Positions 58,901-64,000 of a DNA stretch of 64,000 nt are shown piece after piece. Made by a program: the position numbers and the translations under genes. The stretch is from Chiloscyllium plagiosum (taxonomy: Eukaryota), in the NCBI RefSeq assembly GCF_004010195.1, contig NC_057718.1:94411205-94475204 (forward strand). Direction: 5' to 3'. The notes below the pieces were generated by a model. The model did no database searches. It was not told where the DNA came from and was given only the letters and a program-made list of their open reading frames with translations. Position 1 is the stretch's first letter. Each line of letters begins with the position of its first letter.

Positions 58901-60921
58901 TCTTGTGGCCATTGCCCTGAAGCACACCTATGAGATGTAGGTGCCCGGTGTCCAGGATGGAGATCTGGAGGTGCAAGTGCTTGTTAGTCACTCTTATTTT
59001 CAAGTTGGGAATTCTTAGTATTGGTGGGTTGTACAGTTGGAAGTTGCATATCAATGAGGTGTGATTCCATGGTGATCAGGGTGACAACAAACAATTGTCC
59101 CCATTAATAAGCATTTGCTGCTTCCTAGTGAGAATCCTGTCTTGCTACCCAGAACTCAGTTGGGTAATACCACACATTGCTCCCAGTGCCAGGAAAGGCC
59201 TTCTGGACTCCTTACAAAATTGTGCAAAAATTCTAGCCCCAGCCCACTTCAGAGATGTTCTGAGATCTGGAGTTTAAATGGCAACAAGACCACAGGGGAT
59301 CTGCAATAAGAGTTGGGAGTTGAAGCCAATGCATTGAAATGTTATGGAGTCAGTAGGGGATGGCAAAAACTGGATGCTGGATAGTGGATAAATTAACATT
59401 CAATGTATGCAGGCAGTAGAGTTCTGGATAATGCAGTTTCTTAATGTGGACATTTAGAAGCTGACAGATTTAGAAGTTGACAAGGATTGTGTTGGCGAAG
59501 CCAAGTCTGAAGATGTGAAAGCATGGATGATGCGGTCATTGAATGTGGTGTCAGATGAGGATGCCAACACACACATTCCACATTCACTCCTTTAATCCTA
59601 ATATCGGTTCAAAGGCTATTTGGTACTAGCAGTCAGATTTGTTTGCTTGTTTGAGCCATGTTCCCAAGTCTTAACTCTTTATTCCCTAATTCTAGAATTC
59701 ATGTATCAGATTCAGGCATTTTTACAAAGATGATTTCCAGGAGGTTTGCAGAAATTTTAAATGCATTACAGAAAGTGCTTACCCACTTTGTCTTTAAAGA
59801 TGAGTGTTGAGAGTCTAATCACTGTCTTTAACCACAAACCCCAAATCAATAATTATTTTGTGTCCTTTTTCAAAGGATGTGGCAATATTAAGAAAGTGTA
59901 CTTTAGAGCAATTCATAGAATGTTATGAGTAGTTTTGTCAAAAACACTTCCGCAATAGCTGAACGGGTGTCAGTCAACTGGTTTCTAATGCCTGCATGCA
60001 CAAACAGGACTTCAGTGAAATTCCTTCTGATCTCAGACAGATGGGCTTTTTTTAAACAAAATTGGAATCACTTACTCTACATTATTGACAGAGTTCATTT
60101 TCTGGTCTGAGGATATATATCTGCACAAAGGAAATGTGTTCAACATTGCAAGTTGTACTCAACTTCTAAAACTGCAATCAAATCAACTTTAAAGAATGAT
60201 GACCTGCAGTCACTTCAGTGTCAACAATTTGTATTTTAGAAACCGGTGACTCTTGTTTATTCACACAGTCTTTAGCAGCTGTGACATTTTTGATATTGAT
60301 TTGTTTCATCCGTCAGTGGTTCATTGTTTCTGTTTACCAAATAAAGGTTACATGTCTCTCAATGACCATTTGTTATCTTGAAGGAAGTAGTGCTGTCTCC
60401 TGTGAGGATAAAGTGACCTAAGAAGGCCCTGTTGCTATTTGTTACTATTGCAATATTTATACTATGCCCAATAAGCTCTTAAAGAACTGGATTAGACAAT
60501 TCAACCCATAAGACTTACTCCTTCTTTGAATAAGTTGCTGGCTGATGTGATTGTGCACTTAATTGTCTTTCCAGCACTCCCCACCCACCTCATTAAATAC
60601 CCCCGCCCCACCCAACCCCAAGAAATCTTGAATCTCTTGTCAATCAAAAATTTGTCTATCTCAGTTTCAAATGTATTTGAAAAGTCAGCCTTTACTGCTG
60701 GTATACAGTGAGTCAGTGATGTAGTGGTAATATTACAAGACCATGAATTCCCAACCTGTAGGCGAATGTTCTGAAGATGTAGGTTTAAATCCCACCAAGG
60801 CAGTTGGTTAAAAGTTAAATTCAATAAAAATCTGGAATTTAAATCTACTCTGATTTTGACCAGTGTCAATTGTTTTAAAACCCATCCGATTCACTAATGC
60901 CCTTGAGGGAAGAAAAGTTGC

Positions 60922-61063
60922 CAGGTGAATTGGCCATGCTAAATTGCCCGTAGTGTTAGGTAAGGGTATGGGTGGGTTGCGCTTCAGCGTGGCGGTGTGG
61001 ACTTGTTGGGCCGAAGGGCCTGTTTCCACACTGTAAGTAATCTAATCTAATCTAATCTAATCT
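60922..61063 (+). mobile_element. HE1-like SINE 3' portion with (TAATC)5 tail
   Basis: Matches the 3' half of 55286-55583. Confidence 0.85.
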
Positions 61064-61797
61064 AAAAAAAACATATGATTCCCACAACATATGATTCTCT
61101 AGGCAAGGAGGAATAAATGACTTGAACCATGAACAAACAAATAGAATTCTGAATACCCTTTGAGATAAAATAATTCTGCTCTATATCCTGGGCTGAAGGC
61201 TTGGTCATATGAGGAAAAGCTAATTGAAGTTTAAAAGAATGACAGAAATTCTTAATGAAACTTATAAATTTCTGAGGGGGTCACAACTGGATAAGTGCTC
61301 AGACTTTGTTCCTCTTGTGGAGGAATCTGAACCTAGCAGGTAGGATATGAAAAATAAAGGAATTAAGAAGGAGTTGAGGAGGAAATCTCTCACAGGGTTT
61401 TGGAATTATCTTCCACAAGAACCAGTGCAGGTTGGTTCATTGGATATATTCAAGGATTTTTGATCTACAAAGGACTCATTGATTGGGTATGCCGTAAAGT
61501 GGAGTTGAAAACACAATCAGTTGGAGCACAATTTTAATTGGATAGCAGAGCCTCCTTGATGGGCTGAATGGCTTAATTTACTACTGTTTCTTATGGTCTT
61601 AACTTTTTCATCCCATAGAGATATATTTTCTTTCAATATCCACTATAAATAATTTCATTTTTCTTGCCATTTTGTTCACAAGTTTAGTTTGCAACTTGGC
61701 CCCTCACATCAAGAACTTCTCACAGATTCCAATGTTTGTTGTTCTTATGTCTTGGAAAATCTTATTACTCTTAATACCAAATGGAAAACCTCATGTA

Positions 61798-62016
61798 CAG
61801 TCAGTTCTGCTATAACAGAGTAGTTCTGTTCTCATGCAATCTTGTGTTATAAGAAAATTGTGTAATAGCAGCACCATTTAAACTATTGGGGCTGGAATTG
61901 CATTATAACCAATACATGCTTCAAAAATTTTGCACTTTAGAAACAGTGTCCCCAATTCGTCAACTGTGTTATAGCGATTCATGTTAATGAAACCCGCATT
62001 ATAGCATAACAACCTG
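61798..62016 (+). mobile_element. Tigger/pogo-like MITE
   Basis: TA|cagtcagttctgctataac ... attatagcataacaacctg|TA. Confidence 0.75.
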
Positions 62017-62669
62017 TATGTCCATTTAATTTTCCTGCAGTTTGTCTCTTTGTGTGCTTTTAAAACATAGGTGTTAATCCATTTAATATCAAATGTTATT
62101 AATAACTGAATGGAACAGATAATAACTCTGGTTTGTAGATGATTGTTGATGGTAGTTTATGTTTCATCCAAAATTTGTCACAGGTTCGCACATGCTTCTA
62201 AAATCCATTTTTCACAAGATATGTTTTTTCTTTCCATACACAGGAAGTCAGGAGGTCAGCTTGATCGGAAGATTGATTGCTCCTCAACTTCCATTGTGCT
62301 CGTTTCCTTTCAGCTAATTGTACATAACTTCCTACAGGCGTTGAAGAGCCATTGTGAATTATCTTATGCCACATTTTTCTGTCACAAACATCTTGTTTCT
62401 TTGAGTGACTTGTGCCACTTTTTAGAGATATTTTCTTGGCAAGTGACCACCAAGCTTCAGCTCCCTATGGAATACACTTTTGGGTCATGTAGTATAAGGC
62501 CTTTGGCCTAGGACTAGCCCCTGGATTTCTACTCTCATTGCTTCAAGACTTGGTATAGTTCACCTGTGGAGACTTTCAGTGACTTAATCTTTGACTACCA
62601 TTGACTTGTCATGATCTTTCTCGGGAAATGTGGGTAGAAATAATTGATCTATCTGATGGATCACTGGAA

Positions 62670-63150
62670 GACATTAGAACAGAGGAACTAGGAGCAGGTT
62701 TAGGCAATTCAGTCCCTCAAACCTACTCCTCCATTTAATCCATTCAAGATTGATCTCACCTCAGCCTCAACTTCACTTTCCTGCCCAAAAGCCATAACCT
62801 TTCAACCTGTTACTAATTAAAACCTGTCTATCTCCTACTTATATCCACCAGTATTTGCAGCACTCTTGCACTTGCATTCCACAGATTTGCAACCAGTAGT
62901 AATTCCTCCATACCTGTGTTTTAAATCTGCTATTCCATATCCTAAGTTATGACCTCTCATTTTAGACTGCCCCACAAGAGGAAACATCTGCTCTATGTCT
63001 ACTTTTTCAATTCCCTTTAACTTCTTATATACCCCAACTGGATCTCCTCTCATCCTTCTAAACTCATGAGTGTAGGTCTAATCTGCTTAATCTCTCTGCA
63101 TTGGAAAAATCTTTCATCTCTGGAATTAATCTAGTGAACTTTCTCTGAAC
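62670..63150 (-). mobile_element. Older CR1-family 3' end (related pieces ~17400-17780, ~60490-60700, ~61190-61600)
   Basis: MRGDPVGVYKKLKGIEKVDIEQMFPLVGQSKMRGH. Confidence 0.7.
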
Positions 63151-63393
63151 TATCTCCAAAATATTGCAAAATTAATTAAGATGAGCTAAATTAACTTCAA
63201 ACAAATCCATTTTTAGATGATGTGTACCCTTCAATGGTAATATTATTCATATAAGGTTTTCAGTTCTATAACTTCCATCTTCTTTGGATCGATGGTGATA
63301 CCAATTGCCTTTAAATGATCTGAAATAAGGTTTATGATGACTGGGAGATCTGTGTGGCTATCAGCTGAGAAAGAGCTCCTGAGCAATGCCTTA

Positions 63394-63719
63394 GAATCCT
63401 AGAATCCCTACAGTGTGGAAACAGGCCCTACAGCCCAACAAGTCCACACCAACTCTCTGAAGAGTAACCCACGCAGACCCATTCCCCTATATTCAACCCT
63501 GACTAATGCACCTAACGTGCACATCCCTGAACACTAAGGACAACTTAGTATGGCCAATTCATCTAACCTGCACACCTTTGGATTGTGGGAGGAAAAACCT
63601 ACCCAGGCACAGGGAGAACGTGCAAACTCCACACAGAAAGTCACCCGAGGCTGGAATCGAACCTGGATCCCTGGCACTGTGAGGCTGCAGTGCTAACCAC
63701 TGAGCCACCATGCTGCCCC
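63394..63719 (-). mobile_element. HE1-like SINE
   Basis: Reverse complement of a full SINE with A/B boxes. Confidence 0.9.
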
Positions 63720-64000
63720 TTTAGCTTGAAATTCAAGCAGTGAAAATCAAATAATTTGTCATTTGTTCAGAAGTAAATATGCATTCCTTTTTCCAAATTC
63801 CTTAAAAGCATAAATGAGCGTGGAGACAAAGAACAAATGTTTCACCAACAGGGATGTGATTTAAAGGCAATATGCTGTGCATGATCAGGAAGGACAAATC
63901 ACATCCGGATTGAGACCAAACTGTACGAGTATAAAGTTCGGGGTCTTTTGAGGCTGTGTGGCAATTTAGTGCTGAGGGGAAGAACTGCTTTTTTCTTGCT

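Overview
Vertebrate genomic DNA, almost certainly a shark/elasmobranch: it carries HE1-type tRNA-SINEs, HER1/CR1 LINEs and shark-type Penelope ends. The species cannot be determined from this window. Two single-exon group-14 C-type-lectin/EGF membrane protein genes lie in tandem on the minus strand: thrombomodulin (THBD, 12125-13909) and CD93 (44103-45908), the same pair and order as in mammals. The rest is mostly decayed transposons: CR1 LINEs, two or three SINE families, a Gmr1-type Gypsy element with integrase upstream of RT, a canonical Gypsy, Penelope-like elements whose termini carry minimal hammerhead-ribozyme cores, Tigger-like MITEs and an L1/Tx1 tail. There are also two minisatellite arrays, three assembly gaps, and a nested set of inverted duplications at 53-58.7 kb. 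I cannot demonstrate a new biological system. The best leads are (i) intact hammerhead cores on Penelope end-fragments, each associated with a local direct or inverted duplication, (ii) lineage-specific integrin-type motifs in both genes (RGDS in THBD EGF1, 5x LDV in the CD93 stalk), and (iii) a THBD that keeps the thrombin-binding EGF5-6 residues but has a remodelled EGF4. Comparisons to human proteins are from memory and should be confirmed by alignment.
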